A stretch of 64,000 bases of DNA from Phallusia mammillata. Taxonomy: Eukaryota. Within the stretch, counting starts at the first letter, position 1. Every line of letters begins with the position of its first letter. The stretch is from assembly GCA_965637545.1 (NCBI GenBank), contig OZ281495.1, positions 13,950,001-14,014,000 of the forward strand, read 5' to 3'. Below are positions 34,904 to 47,800 of the stretch, piece by piece. The notes under the pieces were generated by a model, which saw only the letters and a list, made by a program, of their open reading frames with translations, was not told the origin of the DNA and did no database searches. Made by a program: the position numbers and the translations under genes.

Positions 34904-37900
34904 TGCGGCGTAACAAACTGTGTTTTAACTGTTTTCGTCCCGAGCATTGTGCGGGCGAATGTACATCCAATTATGTGTGTCGTGTAGACGGTTGTGGGAA
35001 AAGGCACCACACGCTACTGCATTGGGCGCAACCTTCTGGCCCATCCGGGCAATCTTCTAGCGCTTTAGCGGGAGTTGACGGATCCGCCCTGCCTGGAATA
35101 TCCGCTGCTACTCTGCGAACTCACTCTGTGCGACTTAAGGTCGTGCCAGTTACCGTCTTGGATATAGATTGTAAACCCCATTTCACACATGCCTTTCTTG
35201 ACGACGGGTCAGACACGTCATTGTGCTCTGCAGCATTGGCAAAGAAACTGGGACTAAGCGGTGTTGAAGACAACTTGACAATTACTACCGTAAACGGAAC
35301 GCAGGCATTGCGCAGTCGAAAAGTTTCGCTATCCGTACAAGGCCTGAACGATGGCGCATGTTTTTTGTTGAAGGATGTTAGGGTCGTTCCCAAGTTACCC
35401 AACCTACAAGGCAGCATTCCTACTGTGGACGATATAAAGCGGTATCCGCACATTCGGGATCTCAAGTTCTCTACAATAAACTGTCCGAATGTCGACTTGC
35501 TCGTCGCAGCCGATGTTTACGAGGCTCACGAGCAACATGAGGCTGGACGTGGATCTCGTGGCGATCCCATTGCTATTCGCACTGGTTTGGGTTGGTGTTT
35601 GTTTGGCCCAGGGAAAAAGCAGGACACTGAGAACGCGAACGTAAATCACATACACGCTGACACAAAGCTACATTATCAATTGGAGCAATTATACAGTACT
35701 GAGTTTCAGGATAAACGTTCGAGTGACCTAGGACTTTCACTTAATGACAAACGAGCTCTTTCAATCATGAAAAACAGTGTCATTAAAGTAAATGGACATT
35801 ACCAGATAGCCTTGCCTTGGAAATCGCCTGAACCCATTCTGCCCTACAACAGGAGCTTGGCAGAACGACGCTTGTCACACTTAAAGCGCCGCCTTGACAA
35901 GGATAAGGAATTGCTTGAAAGGTACACAGAAAAGATGCAAGATTACTTGAAACAGGGATTTGCTCGAAAGATTCCCCCAGATAGTTTGCCATGTACAAAG
36001 CAAACATGGTACATTCCACATCACGCGACGGGTGGCAAATTCCGAATCGTTTTTGATTGCGCCGCTTCCTACAAACGAACTTCCTTGAACGACAAGTTGC
36101 TGCAAGGGCCTGACCTTACCAACAGCCTTGTCGGAGTGCTATTACGCTTTCGCCAAGAAATGATTGCCTTTGCCGCTGACATAAAAGGCATGTTTCACCA
36201 GGTGAGGGTTTTGCCCGAGGACTGTGATTCGCTTCGATTTCTGTGGTGGCCCAACGGGGACACAAGCCTGCCGCCAGTGGACTATCAAATGTTGGTACAT
36301 TTGTTTGGTGCCACATCATCGCCTAGTTGCGCGAGCTTCGCGCTGCGTAAGGCTGCGCTCGACCAGAACGACATGTTTTCGCATGATACTATTGAGACCA
36401 TTTTGAATTTTTTTTATGTTGACGACTGCCTCAAATCAGCGTCGTCAGTTACGCAAGCCACTGCGCTAATCAGGGACATAACCGAGGTTTTGCGTGAGGG
36501 CGGATTTCACCTGACGAAATTTCTTAGCAACTCGACAGCCGTCCTCGAGTTTGTTAACGAACCAGACCGCTCAAGTGCAGTGCTGAACTTGGATTTGTCG
36601 GACTTACCTAGTGAAAAAACATTGGGAATTCAGTGGAACATGGCCAATGACAGCTTTGGGGTTCGAGTGAATATAAAACAAAAGCCGCATTCCCGTCGCG
36701 GAATGCTCTCAATGATCAGTCAGGTCTACGACCCACTTGGATTTATCCAACCCTTTATGCTTCCTATGAAACGGCTAATGCAGTCTCTTTGCAACCAGCA
36801 GCTTGATTGGGACGATCCACTGCCCGAAAGTGCGGTTGAGCATTGGAATCTTTGGTTGGACCACGTACCTTTATTAAAAAACGTTTCTATACCGCGTTGC
36901 TACAAACCTCCCAATGCAGTCATCGTTTCAACACAGCTGCACTGCTTTGGCGATGCCTGCGAGACCGGGTTCGGTGCGGTGTGTTATCTTCGCTTTGTTG
37001 ACTCAAACGGGAATATTCACTGTTCATTGGTGCTTGGAAAATCTCGTGTGACCCCTTTAAAACCTGTCACAATACCGCGACTGGAACTCGTCGCTGCTGT
37101 AACTACAGTTAAATTAGGGACAATGATTGTTCAAGAATTGGACTATGACCTAGACAATGTGTTGTTTTGGTCTGACTCGACAACTGTGCTACACTACATA
37201 CACAATACTGCTCGCCGTTTTCAGACCTTTGTTGCGAATCGCCTCGCTATAATTCATGAGCATTCGCGGCCATCACAATGGCGACATGTTGGAAGCAAAG
37301 ATAACCCTGCTGACATTGCTTCGCGTGGACTAATGCCCAACGAATTTGTTAAAGCCAGACAGTGGTTCAGGGGACCAGATTTTTTATGGAACTGTCAGGA
37401 TTCCTGGCCTGATCAGCCGGCCATATTTTCTGTAGCTGATACAGACCTCGAAATAAAGTCACATACTATATGTACTACAAAGGTGACTGCCAATGACACG
37501 CCACTGCAACAGCTGTTGCAGCGTTTTTCTTCGTGGGATAAACTGCAAAAATCTATCGCTTGGTTGAGCCGATTTAAGGACTGTGTGCTTTGGAAATACG
37601 ACAAGAATAGGTCTGCGGATGCGCCAAGTTTTAACCCGGTAGGACTGACTGTACAAGAGTTGGAAAATGCGTCAAAATATATTGTGCAGTTGGTACAACA
37701 AGAAGCGTTTCCCTCTGACCTTGCCTGCCTGCCGGACTGTAAAAGCTTTGAAGAGGCAATGCAGCATTGTTGCTCAACGAAATATCGTTCGTCGTTGTGC
37801 AAGCTGCGCCCCTGTCTTGTCAACGGTATTATTTGCGTTGGAGGAAGACTGCGGAGGTCAGATGTATTTGAGCAACAAAAACACCAGATTATTTTGCCAT

Positions 37901-38880
37901 ACCATCACCACGTGACGGACTTAATTATCAACCACTACCATCACACTGAAGGTCATTGTGGAACGTTACACGTGCTCGCGTCTGTGCGCGAGAAGTATTG
38001 GATAGTTAAAGGGCACTCAGCTGTGCGGCGTGTGGTTCGCCGATGCAAAGGTTGTAAACTACGCCATGCCAAGGCCGGATCACAGATCATGGGTGCTGTA
38101 CATATTGAGATGGCTCATTCGCTGGACACCTCCTCTTTCATTAATGCGTTTCGCAGGTTCTCCAGCAGAAGAGGATCTGCTTCTGATGTTTTTAGTGACA
38201 ACGGCACCAATTTCGTAGGTGCCGAACGTGAACTTCGTGAAGGCATGGCAAAATGGAATCAAACTGCTATTCATAGCCATCTGTGTCAAAGAGGGACAAA
38301 CTGGCACTTTAATCCCCCGATTGCAAGCCACCAAGGTGGTGTCTGGGAGCGCGTCATCCGCTCTATTCGCCGAATTTTACAAGCAATCGTTGGCAATGCT
38401 TCGCTTACCGACGAGTCGTTGTGTACGTTGCTCGCAGAAGTTGAGCGCATTCTCAACAACCGACCGATAGCTGCCCTTAGTGATGATGTTCGGGATCTGC
38501 GAGCACTGACTCCCAACATGTTAATGATAGGAAAATTGGACTGTTCCCTTCCTCCGGACAAGTTCGCGACTGCCGACGGCTACCGGAGATCGTGGCGTAC
38601 AGTCCAGTGGCTGGCAGATACGTTTTGGAAGAGGTGGCTTCGCGACTACCTGCCAATACTTCAGCTGCGCCAGAAATGGGTACGACCAACTAAAAGCTTT
38701 GGGGTTGGTGACCTGGTTTTGGTCGTGGACGAAATGAATCCGCGGGGTGCCTGGCCGAAGGGCATTGTCGATGAGGTGTACCCTGATGGTGAAGGAGCTG
38801 TCAGAAGTGTTCGCGTTCGCACTGCGAGGGCTGTATATACGCGCGATATTCGCAAGTTGTGCTTACTTGAGGCAGCGTAA
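34903..38880 (+). CDS. BEL/Pao polyprotein remainder (gag knuckles-PR-RT-RH-IN) with an internal integrase deletion
   Basis: CFNCFRPEHCAGEC, CGKRHHTLLH, AFLDDGS, ADIKGMFHQV, YVDDCL, TIPRLEL, NPADIASRG, H..GH..C..C, SDNGTNF and GGVWER. QIM is joined directly to GAVHIE, so the first catalytic-D region is missing. Confidence 0.85.
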   Translation: MRRNKLCFNCFRPEHCAGECTSNYVCRVDGCGKRHHTLLHWAQPSGPSGQSSSALAGVDGSALPGISAATLRTHSVRLKVVPVTVLDIDCKPHFTHAFLDDGSDTSLCSAALAKKLGLSGVEDNLTITTVNGTQALRSRKVSLSVQGLNDGACFLLKDVRVVPKLPNLQGSIPTVDDIKRYPHIRDLKFSTINCPNVDLLVAADVYEAHEQHEAGRGSRGDPIAIRTGLGWCLFGPGKKQDTENANVNHIHADTKLHYQLEQLYSTEFQDKRSSDLGLSLNDKRALSIMKNSVIKVNGHYQIALPWKSPEPILPYNRSLAERRLSHLKRRLDKDKELLERYTEKMQDYLKQGFARKIPPDSLPCTKQTWYIPHHATGGKFRIVFDCAASYKRTSLNDKLLQGPDLTNSLVGVLLRFRQEMIAFAADIKGMFHQVRVLPEDCDSLRFLWWPNGDTSLPPVDYQMLVHLFGATSSPSCASFALRKAALDQNDMFSHDTIETILNFFYVDDCLKSASSVTQATALIRDITEVLREGGFHLTKFLSNSTAVLEFVNEPDRSSAVLNLDLSDLPSEKTLGIQWNMANDSFGVRVNIKQKPHSRRGMLSMISQVYDPLGFIQPFMLPMKRLMQSLCNQQLDWDDPLPESAVEHWNLWLDHVPLLKNVSIPRCYKPPNAVIVSTQLHCFGDACETGFGAVCYLRFVDSNGNIHCSLVLGKSRVTPLKPVTIPRLELVAAVTTVKLGTMIVQELDYDLDNVLFWSDSTTVLHYIHNTARRFQTFVANRLAIIHEHSRPSQWRHVGSKDNPADIASRGLMPNEFVKARQWFRGPDFLWNCQDSWPDQPAIFSVADTDLEIKSHTICTTKVTANDTPLQQLLQRFSSWDKLQKSIAWLSRFKDCVLWKYDKNRSADAPSFNPVGLTVQELENASKYIVQLVQQEAFPSDLACLPDCKSFEEAMQHCCSTKYRSSLCKLRPCLVNGIICVGGRLRRSDVFEQQKHQIILPYHHHVTDLIINHYHHTEGHCGTLHVLASVREKYWIVKGHSAVRRVVRRCKGCKLRHAKAGSQIMGAVHIEMAHSLDTSSFINAFRRFSSRRGSASDVFSDNGTNFVGAERELREGMAKWNQTAIHSHLCQRGTNWHFNPPIASHQGGVWERVIRSIRRILQAIVGNASLTDESLCTLLAEVERILNNRPIAALSDDVRDLRALTPNMLMIGKLDCSLPPDKFATADGYRRSWRTVQWLADTFWKRWLRDYLPILQLRQKWVRPTKSFGVGDLVLVVDEMNPRGAWPKGIVDEVYPDGEGAVRSVRVRTARAVYTRDIRKLCLLEAA

Positions 38881-38960
38881 CTTTGTTGTGTTTCGTTTCT
38901 GTCCTTATGTCGTTTTGTGTACATAACTTCGTTTCCACGTTCGTTATTTAGGGGCCGGTA

Positions 38961-39300
38961 TGTAACGGACAGTAACGCTCCCCAATGGCAAGAACTTTTC
39001 CCGCCGTTGTAACCCGTGACCTATACGTTCATTGTGACGACATAACTGCCAACTTTATGTGCGTCCTGCTTTCTCGGTTTTCTGTGGTGTTGTATTAAAC
39101 TTTGCTGAGTTGGATAATTTTATGTTATATAAGGTAAATTGTTTGGACTGTTTGTAATTGTGACGTTTTGATTCTATTTAAATAAGGTGGTCAAAAATCC
39201 GTTTTAAATCACTGAAAATAAAGTGCATCTGAAACCGGCTATCTTATTCTGCCAGTCAAGAGACTGAAAGGTAGAATTAGCACACTGCTTGAATTCTACA
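38961..39300 (+). repeat. 3' LTR (TGTA...TACA)
   Basis: Identity with the 5' LTR runs to 39276. A further 24 nt end in TACA at 39300, immediately before copy-B homology. The end at 39300 is inferred from the TG..CA rule. Confidence 0.75.
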
Positions 39301-39981
39301 ATGGTAGTTTCAGATTGTTTTGTCATAACGTAGGAATAAACTGTCGGGTAAAGGTCTGTACAGGTGTTCAGATTGAACATAAATCGTTTTCACTTTAATT
39401 ACCAACTATTGGTTGTACCTCAAGCAGTTCAATGATAAACTGGTAAAGTAGAGGTTTTAAACGTGTGTTTATTTGATTAGCAAGCTCACTGTACAAGTCA
39501 CGCATGGTTGATTTTGCTGCGGTCACGAGTTTTCTGCTTTTGGCAAGGGCTATTCATAAAATGTAAACACTTCTTTAATGTAGTCAACTGTACCAAACTG
39601 GAAATATTAGTGCACGTTAACATTTTGATGCGCTTTTTAAGGAGTTAATGTTGGAAATGTTTTGGTCTACCTTGTTTTGATTGGCATGTCTTAAAATATA
39701 TATTAATTCACAGTACGGTGACTTCTCATGGTGTTGTGAAACATTGTGTGTTCAAATTCAAACAAAAAATATTAAGGGTTGTTGAAAAATAAAACGACAT
39801 GTTAATAATGCTGCAAAATAATACTCACATTAGAAAATCGTATGGATTGTTAGTCATGTTTACCTTGTAAAAGCACAAAATAATTCTATGTACTGCTCAA
39901 TTCCTGTTCGAGTCTGTTCTGTACATTCCTTACAGACTTGTGTTGTAAGCGGTTGGTAGCAAAATTGCTTCCTGAACAATA

Positions 39982-41938
39982 ATGAGAATAATTAAGGTAT
40001 CACCAGAGCTGGTTTGCAACGGTCTCGCCGGTTCAGAGGGACCAGTTTTCGACACGCATGGCCGATTTTACGCTGTCGAGCCGTTTGGAAGCGTGTCTGC
40101 AGAAGAAAAGTAGGTTATGTGATTTCTATTGTCGATAAACAGGCGCCACAATACGGTTTGATTTTTAACTGAGATTTGAAACTTTGTCCCATGCAATGTT
40201 CGGTTAGAATAATGGTTTCTTATTTACAACCAACAGAGAACCTGGTACTTTTAAAGACGGCATAGCGGGTGGTTTGTATCTCATCGATCTTGATACAGGC
40301 ACCAAAACTGTGGCGTGTCGTCCACATATTGATGGCTACGGGGGTCGACCGGCCGGATGCCAATCTGACAAGGACGATAACATATGGATTGCCGACATGC
40401 GGCTTGGTTTACTTAAATACTCACCAATTGACGGGAGTTGTATACAGGTATAGGCCTATCATTTCAAAGCGCAAATTGCAAAACTTATGTCTAGATATAT
40501 TTGAGGCCTAAACTTGTACCATCAAGCTAGAACCGCAATGTGAGTATAACGACGGTAATTTTTGTTGTCGTCAATTCCATAACTTGCTTATACGTACTGA
40601 AGGCGGTGCAAAGGTGATGATAAACGCCATTAGCCACCGCTAAACACAAACATGAAAAGTTGTATAGATTCAGTAACAGGCTACGATGAAGATGTTTATA
40701 CCACCAGGTATAGTTTAAAGGTCTGTGTCTTCAGCTCATACCAAAATCGTATTAACTCAGGTCAGTAAGGTTGACAATAACGGGGATGCGTTAAACGGAG
40801 GTAACGACTTGGTGATCGACGACAACGGAAACATTTGGTTTACCGGACCAGGGAGCGCAATCGCGCCCGCTGCTGAAGACAGAGAGTCTATATTCAAGGT
40901 AAAGTTGTTTGATATTTTGACCAACAAAAACAAGTTCTATATAGGTTGTGAAAGAAGCGGTGGTAAGCAAATAATTAAAGATTAATATTTTTCAAAAATA
41001 AAATAAAATATAATAACACTTACGTTTAGAAACCAACTGGCAGAATATACTGTTTGCCCAAAGGTGAGAATGTCCCCATTTTCGTTGATGACAACTTCAG
41101 TTTCTGCAATGGAATTGTCGTTCAAGATAAACTCCTTCTCGTGGCCGAAACAAAAACGCATCAAATTATTGCTTACGATATCTTAGGACCAGGAAAGGTT
41201 AATAACACAAGAGTTTGGGCAAACGTCCCTAAAGGTTTGTTGCTTTGTTTATGATCCAAGTTTTAAGTTTCATCATACAATACAAAATGGTCAATAGATA
41301 AAACTATTGTTGAGGTTAATGTGATTTACATGCTATAGGCTACTGCATGTATTATTATAATTTGTGTGGGTGGACGTGAACTTGAAAAAACTTTGATTCC
41401 CCAAAATTTAGCATTGCGGTCTGGCTTTTTACATGACTTAATATACCCTGTGCCTGGTAATTTTATGGTAAGAATTTCATATGGTTAGAATGTGTTGCAA
41501 TGCTGTGAAAATGTATGAGATGAAATTGTTCGTGTTTCCGTAAATGCAAAATAGCCATCTTACCAAATATGAATGTCACATAGTGATATGCGTGCAGTCA
41601 ATTACTTAACATAACTTATAACACGCATTGCTTCTTACCGGCGTTTATTATAGAGTGATATTTCTAATAAAGATGAAGGATCCAACGGTCCGGATGGAAT
41701 GGATTTTGATAAGAAGGGGCAACTTTTGGTGGCAAACCACGGTGGTTCGCACATTGAAGTTTACTCGCCGAGTGGAGGCGCTGAACCGGCAGCCAGGATC
41801 AAATTTCCTTTCGCGCTTATTAGTAATCTTCATTTCAAGCCAGGCAGCAATATTTGCTACGTGACTGAACACGACTCTGACTCGGTGTGGAAGTTTGAAT
41901 GGGAAGAAGCTGGCATGGAAATGTATTGCAACAAGTAA
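39982..41938 (+). CDS. DFPase-like beta-propeller, 315 aa, copy B (intact)
   Basis: Exons 39982-40109, 40237-40447, 40761-40898, 41030-41234 and 41673-41938 have the same lengths as in copy A. About 7 aa differences seen; all metal-ligand motifs retained. Confidence 0.92.
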
Positions 41939-43794
41939 CCAAGTTTGTGAACTTGTATAGTTAATCGGTATAAGCGGAAATGGGGCTGGTCACAGCAATG
42001 AATATATAGTCTCGCATTTTGGATAAAACACGTGGTTTAAACTTGTTTTTCTTGTCATATTAAAATGAACTTGCAGCAGTAAAATGTGATTTAGTAGGAA
42101 ATGTATAAGAATTTGATTTTTGTGATTTCGTTGGTTTAGTTTTAGTAGACTGTGGTTTAACGACAAGTATCACAAAATCACAATTAAATTTGTTGACCAC
42201 GTTTATCACTGTTTACCTTCCAATCCTTTACATGCTAATAAAATTGATCTTGTGCAGTATTGCACAGGTAAAAAAATATGACGCCGCAAGATACAGCACA
42301 TCGCAGGCACAAATTCGTGCAAAACTAAAATGTCAACTACAAGCGCCTGACAGTTTACGCGCGCGGCTTTGCTAAACGCACGGGGCCCAAAATGGACTGT
42401 AATTGTGTTCGAAATTACTTGCTAGATTTAAACACACATTCACAAAGCTCGCACGCCCCGGATTTCATCGTGACGTGAATGTCAGTCAGTCTTGCTCAAG
42501 GAGATAAGTAACCCAACCACTTTGTATGTCGCACGGCTTGCGTGGCGTTGTGTAGTATCAAGTGTGTTGTTTTGAAGTTAATTTGAATTGCAGGTGTTAG
42601 GTTGTACAATTTTTAGCAACACAATTGGTCATAAAGACCCATTAGCAGCAGTTCGGGTAGATTAAAACTATTAATTATTGATGTTAAAATGGTGCTTGGT
42701 CAGCATTTAAAGGTTATTGTTTACAGAACAGCGGTAGTCGTAACCGTATTACTATGAAGCGTTAAAGAAGTTGTGACGTAACGGCTGTCTTTGTTTATGT
42801 TCATGGGTGGTACAAAATACTGTTCCAGAGGCTCATACGCCCTGTGGTATTAACTCCGAGACAAAGACTTGTTTAGGAAATTCCCGCAGAACAGTCCCAG
42901 ACAAATATACCGCAGCGGCTACGTACCTGGGTATAACCTGGTTTCAGTTCTTGTTCAGCGCAACTTCCACTTGTTCGTATACAAAACATTTGCGAGCACG
43001 CTTCCTTGTGTACTGTTATGCAAGCGATGCTATTGACTACACAACTATGGTGAAGACAGCCGAGGAAATCAGTCGTTGTTGTGATTTTAATAAACTGCCT
43101 AAACACGCTGCGCCAATGAGATGAAAGTGTAACCATTAGAATGCAATGGCGTATCTTGAATACCGCAGCTTGGACAGGGAACAAGCTTTATAGTCGAGGC
43201 GAGATACAGACAGACATTTCTGGGAAAGTGTTTTGAGTTGTAGTGTCAACATTACACCTCCTGCTTCCGTCACGTTAGTCAGAGATTTGTTGCAGTTTAA
43301 AGCAGAGATGGCGGCATGTAGGTTCTGCTATGTTACATCGCTACTGTATACATACGGGTAGTGCAAAGTCACGCCTTTTTGTTGACGGAAAGGGAGTTTG
43401 TTAATGTTCTTTGTGCAGTCAGTGAGTCGAGTTTTTTTTTTGAATCGCGCGAAAATGAGTCATATGCCTAAATATAGCACAACCTAGTTCTGCAACCCGA
43501 ATTAAACAGCGGCATGAAAAATCAATACAGCCCAAATCTTGACTTCACAAAGATGCAGAAATTAGGTGCTCAGATAGGCAGTGCAATGAAAACAAATCAT
43601 CAACAGTTGGATTGCACCAACAGGCCCAATACCCAAGGGAGGGGTGGTCTGTTGGAAGCGGTATTAAAAGCTAAATGAGTCAACTATAAGTTCTTGCAAC
43701 ATGTTATTCGCTTTCGATTGCGACATGTGCTTTAAGGCTGCTTTCTATGAACACCGGCAATTTACATACCTTTGGGCTCGTTAGTAATCTATAC

Positions 43795-44222
43795 TAGTGA
43801 TGCACGAAGTTTCGGTTGGCCGAAACATTTCGGCCGAATACGCTGTTTTTCGATGTTTCGGTTTCGGCCCGAACTTTTTTGAAAATTCGGCCGAAACCGA
43901 ACTTTTTGATTGCATGGAAGTAATGCCCAAACTAGCATTTTCACCTATGCAAAACGTCATAAATTAACTAATTGTTGTATCTATAAAATACGAGCCACTT
44001 TGTCTGCAAAATATTGCAAGTTTAGTAAAGCTTCCAGATGGTGTAAGTGATTTTGATTTGTCATAATTCACTTCACTCGCATCAACGACACAAGGTTCAG
44101 TTGAAAACTTCCATAAGAAAGGGGATTTTAGGTTCGGCCTGATTCGGCCGAAATTATTCGGCCTCGTGGCCGAATATTCGGTTTCGGCCCGAACCTTTTT
44201 AGGCGGGTTCGGTGCATCACTA
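43795..44222. mobile_element. hAT-type MITE with ttcggccgaa subterminal repeats, copy B only
   Basis: TIR tagtgatgcac / gtgcatcacta. 8-bp TSD atctatac. It lies within a ~575-bp block absent from copy A. Confidence 0.9.
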
Positions 44223-44815
44223 ATCTATACATCGCAACTGTTACGCAATGTTGTGCAATTTCCGTTCAGTATTCCTGCGGGGGTGTGCTAAAGGTGTGTT
44301 CATATTCAATCATGTCAACGACACAGTTTCCGACTACCAAAGTTAAAAATAGTGCAGGCAAAGTAAGACGCTGCGATTTGTTGTACAGTTATTGTGCACT
44401 GACATATCTTTGGTACCCATCGCAACAAAATCGTTTTTAGAGGTAAAGCAAATAACGTTTGAAAAGTCGTTACAAACTCCAAAACCTATACATGATGTAT
44501 TTATGTGATTAAGTTGGCGGTTGTTAGGATTTCTAGGTGTGGCCCAACAGACCACAACTCGTACTGTATATCCTGAGCGATAAAGAGTTCATTGAGCATT
44601 TGTAACTTTGCAAAGTTCGTAAACGTCTAAGAAATACAGCCTCTAGTTTATTACTGTAAGCAGTGTGCACACTGGGTTTCTGATTGCATTTATACGATTG
44701 TAACGGCCAAAAAAATTCGCATTTGTCGGGATTCTTGTTGTCAAATCAGCAGTCACACACACAAAAAAAACGTTAATATGTTTCATGTACACGTGTTTTT
44801 AGGCTGTCAAACAAT

Positions 44816-47800
44816 ATGCTTGAATATTATCATTACATTCTGATTGCTGTCGGAGCGTATCTCTTGTTTTCTATTTTCTTCTGCATCTTTCCCACTCTCA
44901 TACACGGCAAAAAGAAGCAAGCATTCGATGTGCAACACATCAGTCATAGAGGAGGTGAGGTGATGCCGTTTAAAATCAAAATAGGTTAAAGTCCAGGTTT
45001 AATAAACCATGTTTTCTCATGCGTAAACATTGTGATGCGTTTTGTAAATGGTTTTTCGCAACTAACCCAGTGTTACATAATTGTTACGGGTGTGATGACC
45101 TTTTTGAAAAATTTGTCCTAGAGGTTTAAAAAATAATTGTTGGTCCATGTTGATGTGTTCTAACACATTCCATGCCTTGTGGCCATGTTTTCTAAACTTT
45201 ACTTTTATATCTTGTTAAAATTGCTGTATGTTCAGGATCGGGCGAGGAGATTGAAAATACCATTCAAGCGTTTCGAGGGTACGTACGAATTTAGTATAAA
45301 TCCAAACTGTTTGAAACTGCTAATATCTTGCCTGTATAATAATATCTCCCGAAGTTGTGACACGTCTAAAATTTCTTCTTCTCGGTGCTGCAAACGCGCC
45401 TAAAATATTAAAATTCAACGTAGGCTTCATTTTTTAAAAAAAACGGAAAAATATAAACGTTAAGTGAGCACATCATTGAGAAAGTGTCTCTAATGTGCAT
45501 GGTTTGCCACTTTTTACATGATTTCTATACCAGTGCCGTAGTTCCAATGAATAGAGGACAGGTATATAAAAAACGTATACTGTGTTTAGTGCCTTACGGA
45601 AAGCCGCACCAATTGGTCCTGATCGAGCGATGTTGGAGTTGGACGTTCAACTCACAAAAGACAAAACTGTTGTCGTCGCTCATGACACTGATCTAAATCG
45701 AATTTGCGATTTGGAACCAAATCAAGCAACCTTAATAAGCGATTACAATTTTAACGTAAGTTTGCGAGTCGTTAAGTTGGAGGTGGGCTTCAAGTCAACT
45801 AGTTTTCAATTTTGGCCTGAGCAATCTGAATTCTCATAAACAACTATATGGCTATGTAGATGCGGAAGCTTTTGCAAATTAAGTATGTGACTTCAACAAG
45901 GTAGCTCATCCAAACTGCTGGGCCTGAAAGTTCTGTTGTACATACGGTCATCCTTCTTAGAATTCCAAAGAAACATGTATAACCAGGGTTGCCATCGACA
46001 CGGACCCTGAAACATTAAGTTTTCATAGAACTGAAACATTAAGTTTCCATACGAAACAAAACAAACGTTTTAGAATAAATCTTTGAATTTATATGAGCCA
46101 TGACAATATGACATATCACATGCGATATATTTTGCCAAACACAATCTGTTCCAGCAAGTCCTTGTTTGTAGAAAATACTTTGTGCACTTTACGACAGCTC
46201 AGGTCTCGGCATACTGTTACTTATAGCGGGGATTTGACTTGTAATTGTTGAAAATAAGACAAAATAAGGACATAAGTGAAAAAGAAGGACATTTCTTAGA
46301 AATAAGGACAATACATTTTTCTAAGACAGTGCCCTTCAAAATAAGGACAAATCTTAGAAATAAGGACGGTATGGCAACCCTGTGTATAACGATTGCCAAT
46401 ACTCACATGTGCACAACACTTTTAGTACAGAAGTATTAGCTAAGTTATAAGAAATTGTTTATGGCATATTTTTGGCAATAAGGCTCGATGGGCGATCCAA
46501 AGTTTTCTTAAAGAAAAATTTGGTGAATAAAACAAACTTACATGACTGTGATAAGTTAGATTTGTATACTCTAACAAAACAAAACATCGATTTTTTGCAC
46601 CACAAGGAGTTGCCACCGATGCGCAAAACACTGGAGGTGGAATTTACCGATGCGTTCGTATTCAAATCCAATGATTCTACCGAGCGCCGCATCCCTTCAC
46701 TTAAATCGATATTTAGTGAATTTGTGGGAGTCCCAATCAATATAGACATCAAGACGAACAACGACGATTTAATTAAGGAGGTATGTGTGTAACTAAGTGT
46801 TGTATAGCCTATGAGTGAAAAATGAAAGTTCGTTTAAGTATACGCTATTAGGTTATTAATAAGACTTTCTTGAACCAAAATCTTAGCATGTCGGTTAATT
46901 TGTTTACAATTAACCCCCCCCCCCCCCCCCCCCCCCTAAAAAGGTACATGTGTTTCAATTATTATCCTATAAAACGTTGTTCAATCATTATTCTGTTTAT
47001 TTGTCTTGTTTGGTTACATTATGCAAAATATGCTCACAATCCACATGAAAACCAAGTACTGTATATATTTTTCATCGTTTTTATTTCTTACTTTTTTACA
47101 GACTGAGTGCTTAATACGCAATTTCAAGCGCGAACCGATTACTGTGTGGGGCAACGCAGATGATGCAGTTACAACCAAGTTGTACGTCGCGGTAAGTATA
47201 GCCTATAAGTCTAAATACAGTTCTTTCGCCTAACTCACTGACAGTTTTTCCGAAACATTACATAACCAAAATCGTCTTTGATATTCGCAAACAACCCATA
47301 CCAATTTATGTACAATTAATATTATTGTAATTGTCACTATTGAGGTCATTAATTTTCGACAGACAATATTTTTAAATGCATTAATTTTGAGCTGTCAAAA
47401 GCCAATAGAGTATAACTTGTTTGTTAAAAAAGAAAAAAATTTGGAATCTAACAACCAAACTATCGTATAAATACTGGTTGTCCGTACATATCCCAAAACG
47501 TATAACTCTATTTGCAGAATCCAGACATCCCCCTTTTCTTCTCATATAAACGTGCTATCACAACGTTTATTTTGTTTTACCTGGGACTTCTGTCGTTTAC
47601 ACCAATCAAGGAAACGCATTTCGAAGCCAACCTTCCGTACAAGATCGACAGGTAGCCGTATAGTATTTTCTGCAACTGACCTGGAATTTATGACGGTATT
47701 TTTGCTCTACAATGTGTGAGCATAGTGAGAATCATTGCTCCAGGCCCAAAAAAGAATTAGAAAGTTATATAAAAACAATTCCGCTAATCTGTGGCTTATT

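Larger units (their letters stand above)
32903..39300 (+). mobile_element. BEL/Pao LTR retrotransposon, defective
   Basis: Direct repeats start tgtaacggac at 32903 and 38961. A PPT-like aggggccggta precedes the 3' LTR. Internal gag with three Zn knuckles, protease, RT, RNase H and integrase in BEL order. Stops and frameshifts in gag. No TSD. Confidence 0.93.

Noticed and set aside
46914-46936. 23-nt poly-C run in a GDPD1-B intron (C5 in copy A); possible G-quadruplex on the minus strand
   Set aside because: Simple homopolymer expansion with unreliable length and no supporting context.
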